From the NCBI GenBank assembly GCA_031426555.1, contig JANPLN010000035.1, forward strand, positions 1 through 42,441: a stretch of DNA of 42,441 nt, read 5' to 3'. This DNA comes from Bdellovibrionales bacterium. Lineage in GTDB: Bacteria > Bdellovibrionota > Bdellovibrionia > Bdellovibrionales > JAGQZY01. This document shows positions 27,842-36,933 of this stretch, piece by piece; positions within the stretch are counted from its first letter, which is position 1; each line of letters begins with the position of its first letter. The notes below the pieces were generated by a model, which saw only the letters and a list, made by a program, of their open reading frames with translations, did not search any database and was not told where the DNA came from. Made by a program: the position numbers and the translations under genes.

Positions 27842-29415
27842 GAAGAGATAGATAGTGGCTCTTTTCTAAAGAAAACCTTAAAACTTTCTTTTAAGAACTT
27901 GATGACATTGACCTTTGCCGAAATATTTTTGGACCTTCGAATAGAGGCTCCGATTTCAAAGATGAGACTCCATTGCTTAAACAGCGTGCCGTAGGCCTCC
28001 CACAAGCGTGTTCTTGCATCCCAAATGTGCGTCGCTTCCGAGCCCGCCCCGTTAATCTCAACAATTTCAAAATTTTCCCCTTTCATTAAGGACTCCGAAT
28101 CTTTATAACGGATATCTAAGCGTCCAAAATAAAAATGCGGAAGGTGAGTTGCCACTTCGTGAATCGCAGCCGTTAAATCGGGGGTCAGAAGATTTTTTCC
28201 ATTTAGGAAAATAGCTCCCTGGCAATGATTTCCACATTCGGTCAGAGAGACCACCTCGCCATCTTTGGGCACGTCATTCAAGCGATTTCTGAGTCTTGCA
28301 AAATACGTAGAGGCGATGATCCGTGCTCGCCGGTCCTTCAGAATCAAGTCTCCAAGGTTGCGATAGCCATCGCCGGTCACTGTTGGAAAAATTTTGTCGG
28401 TGATGGAAAAAATTTGCCCTGCATTTTTTTTCGGGTGGCGCACGTAAAATATGCCAGCCTCGCGAGGAAACAAACTCAAGTCCTGGACGATCATATCAAA
28501 GTCCGCAAGCAGCAAATACTCGGTAAGGTCAAAATCATCACGGATAATTCGCACTCCAAATCCCCGTTGACCCACGTCTGGTTTTAGAATGTAGGGGTAA
28601 GAAAAGCCTTTCTCATCAAGGAGTGCGCGGGCCGCTATAAAATCTTCCTGTGGTGGAATTTTGAGACTTCGCAGCGTGTGTGGAGAACTCACTTTCAAAT
28701 GCCTAAGAAAATCCCACTTTGATTCTCCAATCAAGCCACCGTTTTCAATTTCGGGGTTTGCATAAAACGGCGTCAAGAAGCTGCGGTGTTTTACCGACAG
28801 AAAAATGTAATAGGGAACAATCGGAAGATAAAAAAGTGTGGCGGGCCAAAACTCAAAGGCAAGCAGTTGTCTCCATGAGTGCCATAGCGTTTTTCGATCC
28901 CAGGGATCTATAAGTTTTGGTATCAAACTTTTAGCAATGCGAAGAAAGATCAGCGAAGAAATAACAGTGGCCCAAAGGTGATTCATCAGCAAAGGTCTCA
29001 ACGACTGGCCGGCGGCAAAAGCGAGGGCCACCCAAGCAAAAACAGTCACCACCGTTAAAAAAATAAACCGCCAAATGGGATAGCGCAAAAACCCTGCGAC
29101 TAAGTAGGTGGGTAGCCGTGTTCCGGGAATAAACCGCGAGATAATGACCGAATAGGTGAGCAGATCAGTTCCCTGGGAGGCAACTCGGTCTGAGCTAAAT
29201 TTATCGATTGATTTAACGTATTTTTCTAAGCCCAATTTCCCTGCAAACAAGCCAATCAAATACAGAGCCAAATCGCCAAGAGAAATACCGAGGAAGCAGG
29301 CAACGAATGCCGGCACGACCATCACTTTTCCATCGGCAACCAAACCCAGTGCCAGCGCTAAGGCGACATCCTCCAGAACAAAAGTGCCAAAAAAAATAGA
29401 AAATAAGTATTCCAC
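27838..29415 (-). CDS. DedA/VTT membrane domain fused to an ATP-grasp ligase
   Basis: N-terminal TFVLED..LGD..SRFIPGTR (DedA); C-terminal YPYILKPDVGQRGFGV, TVTGDG, GNHCQG, FGRLDIRY, IVEING (ATP-grasp). Confidence 0.85.
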   Translation of the reverse strand: MEYLFSIFFGTFVLEDVALALALGLVADGKVMVVPAFVACFLGISLGDLALYLIGLFAGKLGLEKYVKSIDKFSSDRVASQGTDLLTYSVIISRFIPGTRLPTYLVAGFLRYPIWRFIFLTVVTVFAWVALAFAAGQSLRPLLMNHLWATVISSLIFLRIAKSLIPKLIDPWDRKTLWHSWRQLLAFEFWPATLFYLPIVPYYIFLSVKHRSFLTPFYANPEIENGGLIGESKWDFLRHLKVSSPHTLRSLKIPPQEDFIAARALLDEKGFSYPYILKPDVGQRGFGVRIIRDDFDLTEYLLLADFDMIVQDLSLFPREAGIFYVRHPKKNAGQIFSITDKIFPTVTGDGYRNLGDLILKDRRARIIASTYFARLRNRLNDVPKDGEVVSLTECGNHCQGAIFLNGKNLLTPDLTAAIHEVATHLPHFYFGRLDIRYKDSESLMKGENFEIVEINGAGSEATHIWDARTRLWEAYGTLFKQWSLIFEIGASIRRSKNISAKVNVIKFLKESFKVFFRKEPLSISS

Positions 29416-29475
29416 GGCGCAAATTTACATCAAAAGTTCCTAGTTTCAATAGCTTAAGATTTATTAATTAAAAGC

Positions 29476-29516
29476 TGTAACAAACACCCTCCCTCTCCCT
29501 CTAACTCCATGTTACA
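29476..29516. promoter_or_regulatory. Possible ECF-sigma promoter or operator in the divergent intergenic region
   Basis: TGTAAC-N17-CTCTAA toward the YHS gene; TGTAACA (29476) and TGTTACA (29510) form an inverted pair. Confidence 0.35.
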
Positions 29517-29542
29517 AAACAGCATTGTCAGGAGACGCCGAC

Positions 29543-30010
29543 ATGAATAAGCTGATTGCTATTTTTTTATGCACCATGGCCATCTTAATTAAGGCACCCA
29601 TCGCATGGGCAGCGACCCCATCGAATGTTGACGCCTATGGAGTCATTCTACAGGGGTACGACGCCGTTTCGTATTTCAAATCTTCCCAACAGCAAAAGGG
29701 TGACCCTAAAATACAAACAAATTTTGCAGGTTCGATTTATCTGTTTGCCACTGCTGCCAATAAAGAGGAATTTTTGAAAGCACCTAAGAAATACGCGCCG
29801 CAGTTTGGCGGGTGGTGTGCCTATGCCGTGGCGGATTCAAAATCCAAAGTAGAGGTGGACCCTCAGAGTTTTTTAATTCAAGATGGGCGGCTTTTGCTTT
29901 TTTACAATGGTGTTTGGGCGAACACGCGAAAAAAATGGTTGAACAATTCGCAAAACTTTTTAAAAACTGCAGACGCCAATTGGCCACAAGTTGAAAACAA
30001 GGAACCTTAA
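29543..30010 (+). CDS. Periplasmic YHS domain (seleno)protein family member, Cys form
   Basis: Signal peptide; GYDAVSYF, YLFATAANKEEF..PKKYAPQFGGWCAYA, VDP..IQDGRLLL, ADANW. Confidence 0.9.
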   Translation: MNKLIAIFLCTMAILIKAPIAWAATPSNVDAYGVILQGYDAVSYFKSSQQQKGDPKIQTNFAGSIYLFATAANKEEFLKAPKKYAPQFGGWCAYAVADSKSKVEVDPQSFLIQDGRLLLFYNGVWANTRKKWLNNSQNFLKTADANWPQVENKEP

Positions 30011-30011
30011 A

Positions 30012-30410
30012 ATGAAATCAAAAGTGCTTATACTTTTACGAATTGTAGCCGCCGCTATTCTAATACAAACGCTTTTTTTTAAGTTTACCGGGGCCGCGGA
30101 ATCAAAATTTATTTTCTCCACCCTGGGTGTTGAACCCTGGGGACGTATTTTTTCAGGCGTCGTCGAATTAGCAGCAGCGATCCTTCTGCTTCTTCCCACA
30201 ACCCAACTCATCGGTGCATTTATTGCTGCGAATGTGATGATCGGAGCCATTTTGAGCCATATTTTCATTCTCGGCATCGATGTGCAGGGTGATGGCGGTT
30301 TGTTATTTTCGCTGGCCTGTTTGGTTTTCATTTGCGGTGTATTAATTTTAGCCCTTCAGCTCGAACGGGTGCGCCACCTGCAAAATCGTCTTTTGGGCAT
30401 GCTAAAATGA
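30012..30410 (+). CDS. DoxX family membrane protein
   Basis: ILIQTLFFKF..ESKFIF..EPWGRI..ELAA..GAILSH..DGGLLF; four TM segments. Confidence 0.88.
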   Translation: MKSKVLILLRIVAAAILIQTLFFKFTGAAESKFIFSTLGVEPWGRIFSGVVELAAAILLLLPTTQLIGAFIAANVMIGAILSHIFILGIDVQGDGGLLFSLACLVFICGVLILALQLERVRHLQNRLLGMLK

Positions 30411-32050
30411 GCGAGGGGACAGGATGCTACCGGCGCGAAATTCTTTTCAGCACGGATTTTTTTGAAGTCGTGGCCATTGAATGGGCCAGCGAATCGGCCA
30501 TTCAGCCGGCCAGTCAAGCAATGTCGCCTCGGCACAACCACGGATGGAGTCAATGTTTGGTTTTGGTGCAAGAGGGAACTTTTGAAGATCAACTCGATCT
30601 GGGGATGAAAAAAGAAATTAGGATTCTAGTTAAAGGGGAGGTTCTTTCAACCCCTATCGGCGCACGCCACGAAATGAAGTGTAAAAGCCAAACGGGAAAA
30701 ACTTTGCATGTTTATACTCCAAAAATTAAAGAACTGACCGAGTTCAATCAGTTTAACTCCGCGCTCGAGGGTCGTTTTAAGTCCGATCTTGCACTGGTTG
30801 GAGCCACAGACATCGACACACTTCGCAATCTTCTCTCTCATTTCAAAGATTTGTCGGTAAGTACTCACTCTCCATACTTTATGAACCAATTGTTTTCTGG
30901 GGTGTTGCCTCAGATGCTGATCGCCGAAGAATTTATCGCACAAACCAAAACGACTCTTGCAACTTATGAGGCCAGTCCCGTTCTATCCGCCATGGAAAGT
31001 GAAGTGGTCAGTACTCTTTGCGAAAAAATCGGGTGGCCAACCGATCCTCGATGTGGAATCAGTGTGCCAGGTGGAAGCGCCGCAAACTTTATGGCCATCC
31101 ACTGCGCCCGGCAAAAACTCTTGCCGCAATCAAAAACAAAAGGTGCTGGGGAAAAAGTCTTAAAGGTTTTTGTTTCTGCAGAAGCCCATTACTCTTTTAA
31201 AAAAGCGTGCGCTGTTTTGGGTATTGGTACTGATAATATGGTGGGTGTGGCAGTGGATAGTCGTGGGCGCATGGATCCGCAGGATTTGGAAGCGCAGATT
31301 TTACAATGTCGAGAGCAGGGAGCGCTGCCGCTTTTGGTTGCCGCCACAGCCGGATCCACTGTCCTTGGCGCCTTTGACGACATTCAATCGTTGTCGGCTA
31401 TTTGCCGAAAGTACGAACTGTGGCTTCACGTTGATGGAGCCTGGGGTGGCCCGGTGATCTTTTCGCAAAAACATCGCCATCTCGTGAAAGGAATTGAGCT
31501 TGCTGACTCATTCACCTTCGACGCCCACAAGTTGATCGGGGCCAGCCTTACCAGTAGTTATTTTCTCACTCAGCATACGGATATTCTTTTAGAATCAAAC
31601 GATGTTTCCGGGGGCGATTACCTTTTTCACTCATCAAACGAAGCCACTCTCGACCGCGGACGACTTTCTTGGCAGTGTGGACGTAAAGGCGAAGCTGCAA
31701 GTTTTTGGACCATCTGGAAGAGTCTCGGAACCGAAGGCATCGGGCAGTTTGTCGATCGACTTGTAGACCTACGCGATGAGTGCATGCAGTGGATACAATC
31801 CCAGGACAGACTGCAAATCGTATCCCAGCCAGAGTATCTAAATCTTTGTGTGCGGGTGCTTCCGCCCAATAAAAAACACGATCCCAATTGGTCTCAACAT
31901 GTCCGCGAAGCGCTGAAGCAAAAAAACCTCGCATTTGTGAATTATTCTGCCAACTCCGATGGAACTTTTCTCCGCTTGATTCTAGCGAATCCGTATTTAA
32001 CGTTTGATCACGTAAAACAAATTTTACAATGGGCTATCGAGGTTGATTGA
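30407..32050 (+). CDS. Cysteine dioxygenase-like cupin fused to a group II PLP decarboxylase (CSAD/GAD-like)
   Basis: ATGA overlap with DoxX. Cupin: YRREIL, W, HNHGWSQC, RHEM, TLHVY. Decarboxylase: HSPYFMNQLFSG, TYEASP, PGGSAAN, AHYS, TAGSTVLGAFD, WLHVDGAWGG, DAHK, QCGRK. Confidence 0.9.
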   Translation: MSEGTGCYRREILFSTDFFEVVAIEWASESAIQPASQAMSPRHNHGWSQCLVLVQEGTFEDQLDLGMKKEIRILVKGEVLSTPIGARHEMKCKSQTGKTLHVYTPKIKELTEFNQFNSALEGRFKSDLALVGATDIDTLRNLLSHFKDLSVSTHSPYFMNQLFSGVLPQMLIAEEFIAQTKTTLATYEASPVLSAMESEVVSTLCEKIGWPTDPRCGISVPGGSAANFMAIHCARQKLLPQSKTKGAGEKVLKVFVSAEAHYSFKKACAVLGIGTDNMVGVAVDSRGRMDPQDLEAQILQCREQGALPLLVAATAGSTVLGAFDDIQSLSAICRKYELWLHVDGAWGGPVIFSQKHRHLVKGIELADSFTFDAHKLIGASLTSSYFLTQHTDILLESNDVSGGDYLFHSSNEATLDRGRLSWQCGRKGEAASFWTIWKSLGTEGIGQFVDRLVDLRDECMQWIQSQDRLQIVSQPEYLNLCVRVLPPNKKHDPNWSQHVREALKQKNLAFVNYSANSDGTFLRLILANPYLTFDHVKQILQWAIEVD

Positions 32051-32069
32051 GCAGATCAAGGGCATCCCT

Positions 32070-33278
32070 CTATGATAAGGACTTTTTTAGAACAGCGGCA
32101 TAAAAACCATCAAAATCGTGCAGGTGGGGCCAGATGCGATGTTCAGAAAGTAGCGACCAATTTTTACCGGCGGTTGAATCTAAAAACCACTTTATTTGAT
32201 CCTCGTTTTCGCTTTTTAAAATGCTACAGGTTGCATAAACCATAATTCCACCTGATTTACACATAGCTGAATACCTTGAAAGAATGTCTTTTTGCGTGTT
32301 CATCAAAGTTTGAATCTGCTCCAAATTTAAAGTCCATTTCGCATCTGGATTTCGACGTAAAACTCCGAGGCCCGAGCACGGTGAATCGACTAAAACTCGA
32401 TCGAAAGCATTTTCGAGGCGCTGAATCGCCTTTGGAGAATCAATCAGCATAGTTTCTACAATCGTCGCTCCCGCGCGAGTTGCGCGCAGTTTTAGATCCT
32501 GAAGTTTTTGGTCGACGATGTCCATGGCGACAATCTTGCCCTTATTCTGCATGAGAGCTGCCAAGTGCAGAGTCTTTCCGCCTGAGCCGGCGCAGGTATC
32601 TGCCACCGTTTGCCCGGGTTCAACCTGAAGCAACGGTGCAATGGCTTGCGAGCCAGCATCCTGCATTTCGAACAGGCCGTTTTTGAAAGCTTGCGTAGAA
32701 AAAACATTTTTCCGCTCTTGCAGGTGTAATCCCGTGGGGATGTTCATTGAATCTTTAATTTTCTGCGCTTCTATTTTTTCGTTCTTTAGAGTTTGAATGA
32801 GTTTTTCAATCGTCGTTTTTAGGGTATTGGCCCGCAGGTAGATCGACGGATCTTTGTTAAGGCTTTGCATGATCTTAGGCCAATCGCTAGAAAATTCTTT
32901 TTGCCCAAGTTCAACGAGCCAGTCGGGAAACGAGTGTTCGACGGCGGCCGGTTTTTGCATTTTCATGCGACTGGCTATTTTTGCAGTATCGATATTTTTA
33001 AACTCGGGCCTGACAACGGGCTTAAGATTTTTGCTCACAAGGTATGCAACAATAAGGGGCCAAAGTTCTTCCGATTCTGCTACAAATTCTAACTTTCTTT
33101 TATTTTTGACGATTCCGTAGACAGCCTCGGCAAAAAAACTTCGCTCATCAGACTTCCAGTTTTTATTCACACGCATGTACTTATCGATCATCCGGTCCGC
33201 GTGTTTGCCTTTTTCTAAAACTTCGATCAAGGCTTGAGACAAAGTATTTAAAATATGAAACTGCACAGATTTGCTCAA
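32070..33278 (-). CDS. RsmB/NOP family RNA m5C methyltransferase
   Basis: NusB-like N-terminus; QDAGSQ, DTCAGSGGKT, DSPCSGLG, YATCS, DGFY. Confidence 0.92.
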   Translation of the reverse strand: MSKSVQFHILNTLSQALIEVLEKGKHADRMIDKYMRVNKNWKSDERSFFAEAVYGIVKNKRKLEFVAESEELWPLIVAYLVSKNLKPVVRPEFKNIDTAKIASRMKMQKPAAVEHSFPDWLVELGQKEFSSDWPKIMQSLNKDPSIYLRANTLKTTIEKLIQTLKNEKIEAQKIKDSMNIPTGLHLQERKNVFSTQAFKNGLFEMQDAGSQAIAPLLQVEPGQTVADTCAGSGGKTLHLAALMQNKGKIVAMDIVDQKLQDLKLRATRAGATIVETMLIDSPKAIQRLENAFDRVLVDSPCSGLGVLRRNPDAKWTLNLEQIQTLMNTQKDILSRYSAMCKSGGIMVYATCSILKSENEDQIKWFLDSTAGKNWSLLSEHRIWPHLHDFDGFYAAVLKKSLS

Positions 33279-33301
33279 ATTAAAAAAATCCTATCCGTAG
33301 A

Positions 33302-34138
33302 TTAACTATTACTGAGTGGAGTGGCGAAGCGGGCTTTTAAATCTACAAGGCCCACGTCCTGCAAAATTCTCTGAAGTCGATCGCTGGCATGCTTTCGCGG
33401 GCCTTCGATTTTAGTGGCCACAATCAGCTCGTTCTTCATGGAGTGCTCCAAGCCTACGAGCTCAGTGACGGTGACCTTGTAGCCCCACGCCTCGAGCCGC
33501 AAACACCGCAACACATTGGTTACATGGCTGCCAAACTCCCGCGTGTGGATAGGGTGGCGCCAGATCTCGGTGAGCGGATTGGCCAACTGTTTGGGTTTAT
33601 TCTCTCGGAGCACTCGAGCTACTTCTGCTTGGCAGCAGGGGACTAGGAAAATATGTTTAGAATTTTTATTGAGGGCAAAGTCAATGGCATCGTCGGTGGC
33701 TGTGTCACAGGCATGGAGAGCAGTGACGATGTCGATGTTTTGCGGGAGTTTCTGAGATTCCATTGAATCGGCCACAGACGTATTCAAAAACGACATATTC
33801 TCAAAGCCAAATTTCTTTTGTAAGTCCGTAGATTTTTTTACCAAGTCATCGCGAGTCTCAACACCGTACACATGGCCTTTTTCCAAATTTTTGTAAAAGA
33901 GATCATAAATGATAAATCCCAAATAGGATTTGCCCGAGCCATGATCTACAAGATTTAAATCCGCCTCCGATTGCAGTAAGCTTTTAAGAAGAGGCTCAAT
34001 AAAACCGTAAAGATGGTAAACTTGTTTTAATTTGCGTCGGCTGTCCTGATTGATTTTTCCGTCACGAGTCAGGATATGCAGCTCTTTCAAGAGCTCCAAG
34101 GATTGGCCGTCGCGCATTTCTTCGAGAGGTTTTGTCAT
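33302..34138 (-). CDS. Class I SAM-dependent methyltransferase
   Basis: LVDHGSGKSYLGF, ALHACDTATD, VPCCQ, HSMKN. Confidence 0.88.
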   Translation of the reverse strand: MTKPLEEMRDGQSLELLKELHILTRDGKINQDSRRKLKQVYHLYGFIEPLLKSLLQSEADLNLVDHGSGKSYLGFIIYDLFYKNLEKGHVYGVETRDDLVKKSTDLQKKFGFENMSFLNTSVADSMESQKLPQNIDIVTALHACDTATDDAIDFALNKNSKHIFLVPCCQAEVARVLRENKPKQLANPLTEIWRHPIHTREFGSHVTNVLRCLRLEAWGYKVTVTELVGLEHSMKNELIVATKIEGPRKHASDRLQRILQDVGLVDLKARFATPLSNS

Positions 34139-34182
34139 AGGCCCCAAGGTATAGCAAAACTTCGACAGCCCTGCTGGATTAT

Positions 34183-34875
34183 TTACTTCCTTTTACCTTT
34201 ATTCCATTCACAGCCCGCGCTTTTCATAAAGGTGAGGACTTCTCTGGTCGGATCGAACGAGGCAGCTCCGTCGCTGTACTTTTCGTACCTTTTTTGCTGA
34301 GTACTAGGTGCCATAAAAAATTCGTAAGCTTCCAGGTTTCCATGGGTGGCGAGCTGTTGCAATTGCCAGACAACTTTTTCCCAGCGGGCGTTTTTATCGT
34401 CGAGTTTGGGCAAAGCCTTTAAATACAAACGATGAGCATTGGGGTCGTTAATCATGTGGCATTTTCCACTTTTGATAACATCTCCGTGTTCATTGGCCGA
34501 ATATGTCACGGTGACCTCTGACCCTTTTTCGGAAAATCGAAGCCACGTTAAAACGTCATCACTGGTGGAGACGTTTACAGTTCCCCAAACATACTCGGAA
34601 AAGGCATCTATCACTTTGCCAGTTTTCTTTTCGATAATTTTCAGATCGGTGACGCTGTAGGAGGAACCGGTTTTTTTAGAGGAGGCAAATTGCAGTTGAA
34701 TCCCTTTGACGGTGTCGGGTTCGTTCATTGCGGGGATTTCTTCGGGGAGGGGCGCTGCGATTTTTTGCGCTGGCTCGGCGGCGGGCGGAGAAGTCACTAC
34801 CACGGTCTCCGAAGTTTTGAGTGTACAAGCTGTTAAAAAAACGATGAATGCCATGAGGCTAACAATATTTTTCAA
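34183..34875 (-). CDS. Hypothetical lipoprotein (start uncertain)
   Basis: Lipobox LTAC and Pro-rich linker. Confidence 0.6.
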   Translation of the reverse strand: MKNIVSLMAFIVFLTACTLKTSETVVVTSPPAAEPAQKIAAPLPEEIPAMNEPDTVKGIQLQFASSKKTGSSYSVTDLKIIEKKTGKVIDAFSEYVWGTVNVSTSDDVLTWLRFSEKGSEVTVTYSANEHGDVIKSGKCHMINDPNAHRLYLKALPKLDDKNARWEKVVWQLQQLATHGNLEAYEFFMAPSTQQKRYEKYSDGAASFDPTREVLTFMKSAGCEWNKGKRK

Positions 34876-35119
34876 GGTTTCAACGTAATAGGGGCCATAC
34901 CAGCGAGTCAAACTCAAAATTTTTCCTCCCGGGTGTGCTTATTTTAGATTTTTGGATGTGAGGATCTCAGCGATAGCTTTCTCCTTGTCGAGTGCTTTAT
35001 TGTAGTTGCCTCGCTACCTGCAAAACGGCACAAAAACTTACCTTTGGAGCCGTTTTTTGTCTTCTAAAGTAAAACCCGTAGCGAATGGAGAGCTTGGAAC
35101 ACGATAGCGGCAGCCATTT

Positions 35120-35135
35120 AGGCCTGTTTTTTGCT
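35120..35135 (+). promoter_or_regulatory. Possible sigma-54 promoter
   Basis: AGGCCTGTTTTTTGCT = GG-N10-GC just upstream of 35150. Confidence 0.35.
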
Positions 35136-35149
35136 TTGTCTCACAGAGG

Positions 35150-36364
35150 ATGATTAAACTATATGTGCATCTCGCAATTATGATCGCCTTTCTAGCGCCC
35201 TTTACCACAAACGCACAGGGCGTCCGATCTTGCTTTCACATCTTCGAAACGATCCAGACAACAACTTCCTTTGCGGTCGACGAACAGTGGAAGGCTTTTA
35301 GGGCTCCGCACCCCAGTATGGCGGCGGTCAAAAGTCATGTTCTCGCTCTTGGGCACTTTACAACTTACACGGGGATTTTTCGAATCGGCCGACAGGGAGC
35401 CTTAAAATCCCGAGCGCAGCTCAAAAAAGAAGACAGAAGAGCGCGAATCAATTTGGGCGGAAACATCAATTCCTCCTATCTTGCACCAATTGGGGAAAAT
35501 CAAAGATTCATTTATGTCGGCTCAAGTTTACTGGGGCCAACGATTATTTTTTCCAACACTCTTTTAGACCGCAAGGATTACTACTTCAATACCGGTGCTG
35601 ACTATGGAGTTTTTAATTCGCCCAATTCGTACGGCGAACCTTCAGGATTTCGTGGAAGTTGGTCTCTAGATCGTTTGACTGCTCATCGTCTTCCTAAGGA
35701 GGTGGTTTTTGAAAACGAAATTCGTCTTGCAGATTACGCTGCAGCCATAGTCGTGCCGGCCTCCTACCGGCCTATTTTTCAAAGCCTCACTCTTCTTAAC
35801 GGAATCTCATGGAAAAAAATGGGTGTAGAAATAATTTTCGCAGATACACTTCCAGATTCACAAACAGTTCGGCAACTTGTCGAACGCAAGAATGCAAGTG
35901 TGCGCCATGCCCTCAATCCCCATGATGTTCATATCAATATTAGGACAAACTTGGATCTCCATTTACCGACTCTTGAGTCGAAATACGATTATTTGGATAA
36001 CCCACTTCATTGGCCAACAGAGCTCGGTCTGTCTACTCGCAATTACTTTATGACCGAACACAACACGCGCTCCTATGGGACCAAAAATCGTGATGAAGTG
36101 TTAAAATTTTTAGAAGTTCAGCTACGCACTGAAAGTATCAATTGGCACTGGTTTCAATACTACAACATTACTTTCCCACAGACTCAATCAGCCAAGCAAC
36201 TGACTGAGTTGTTAGCCCGCTACGACTTTACCATGGCCGACCTAGAAAAAAGATCAGGTCAGAGAATTCCGAGTATGATGAGAATGGAACTTTCATTTAA
36301 TAAAGGTCAAACAAATTTACCCCCAGAGTACCAGAACTTACGAAGCATCGAATCGTCGGATTAA
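35150..36364 (+). CDS. Secreted protein with DarT/ADP-ribosyltransferase-like N-terminal domain
   Basis: Signal peptide; LGHFTT..IFRIGRQGALKSR, IIFSNTLL, KEVVFENEIRL..AIVV pattern. Confidence 0.55.
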   Translation: MIKLYVHLAIMIAFLAPFTTNAQGVRSCFHIFETIQTTTSFAVDEQWKAFRAPHPSMAAVKSHVLALGHFTTYTGIFRIGRQGALKSRAQLKKEDRRARINLGGNINSSYLAPIGENQRFIYVGSSLLGPTIIFSNTLLDRKDYYFNTGADYGVFNSPNSYGEPSGFRGSWSLDRLTAHRLPKEVVFENEIRLADYAAAIVVPASYRPIFQSLTLLNGISWKKMGVEIIFADTLPDSQTVRQLVERKNASVRHALNPHDVHINIRTNLDLHLPTLESKYDYLDNPLHWPTELGLSTRNYFMTEHNTRSYGTKNRDEVLKFLEVQLRTESINWHWFQYYNITFPQTQSAKQLTELLARYDFTMADLEKRSGQRIPSMMRMELSFNKGQTNLPPEYQNLRSIESSD

Positions 36365-36536
36365 CGTTCGAAAGACAGTCCCAATTTATCTATTTGCAGC
36401 CTTTTGTTTGATTACCATGGAACAAGTCCCAAGAAATTTTCTACAGAACACAGTTGGTGCCGTTCCAAGCACTTTCTTCGTATAGCTTAAAGCTATTTTG
36501 ATGAGCTCTAAACTTTTCATCAAAAGGAGATGTAAA

Positions 36537-36863
36537 ATGAAAACATTTAGGACGTTAGATTTAGCTATAGAATTTTATGACAAAGTAGAACACCTCAAAA
36601 TAGCAGGACATCTTCGCGATCAGGTAATTAGAGCCGCAGCATCGATCCCGTTGAACCTCTCTGAAGGAAATGCGAAACCTTCGCCAAAAGAGAAGCGCAG
36701 GTTTTACCAAACGGCGTATGCATCGCTAAAAGAATGTCAGACAATTTTTAAAATGGCAAAAGTTGAGGATGTAGAAATACTGAAAACTGCAGATCATTTG
36801 GGCGCGAGCATCTATAAGTTAGTTCAATCAAAAATCACAGAAATCGGCAACAGTCTACCGTAG
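36537..36863 (+). CDS. Four helix bundle protein (23S rRNA IVP / bAvd-like family)
   Basis: LRDQVIRAAASIPLNLSEG..EKRRFYQTAYASLKEC; SD AAGGAG. Confidence 0.92.
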   Translation: MKTFRTLDLAIEFYDKVEHLKIAGHLRDQVIRAAASIPLNLSEGNAKPSPKEKRRFYQTAYASLKECQTIFKMAKVEDVEILKTADHLGASIYKLVQSKITEIGNSLP

Positions 36864-36868
36864 CCTTT

Positions 36869-36933
36869 CCTGTATTCCGAATACAGGTCACAGTATTCAG
36901 AATACTGTTTTAAATTTCGCGCAAGCGAAATTT
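36869..36933. repeat. Three tandem hairpins
   Basis: CCTGTATTC-C-GAATACAGG, ACAGTATTC-A-GAATACTGT, AAATTTCGC-GCAA-GCGAAATTT. Confidence 0.75.

Noticed and set aside
29810..29825. Selenocysteine in the YHS protein
   Set aside because: The GGWC Cys is encoded by TGT.
35022..35056. AAAACGGC/GCCGTTTT hairpin as ncRNA or riboswitch
   Set aside because: Only an 8-bp stem with a long loop; no recognisable family motif.
36537..36863. Diversity-generating retroelement suggested by an Avd-like protein
   Set aside because: No reverse transcriptase or TR/VR repeat pair in the window.
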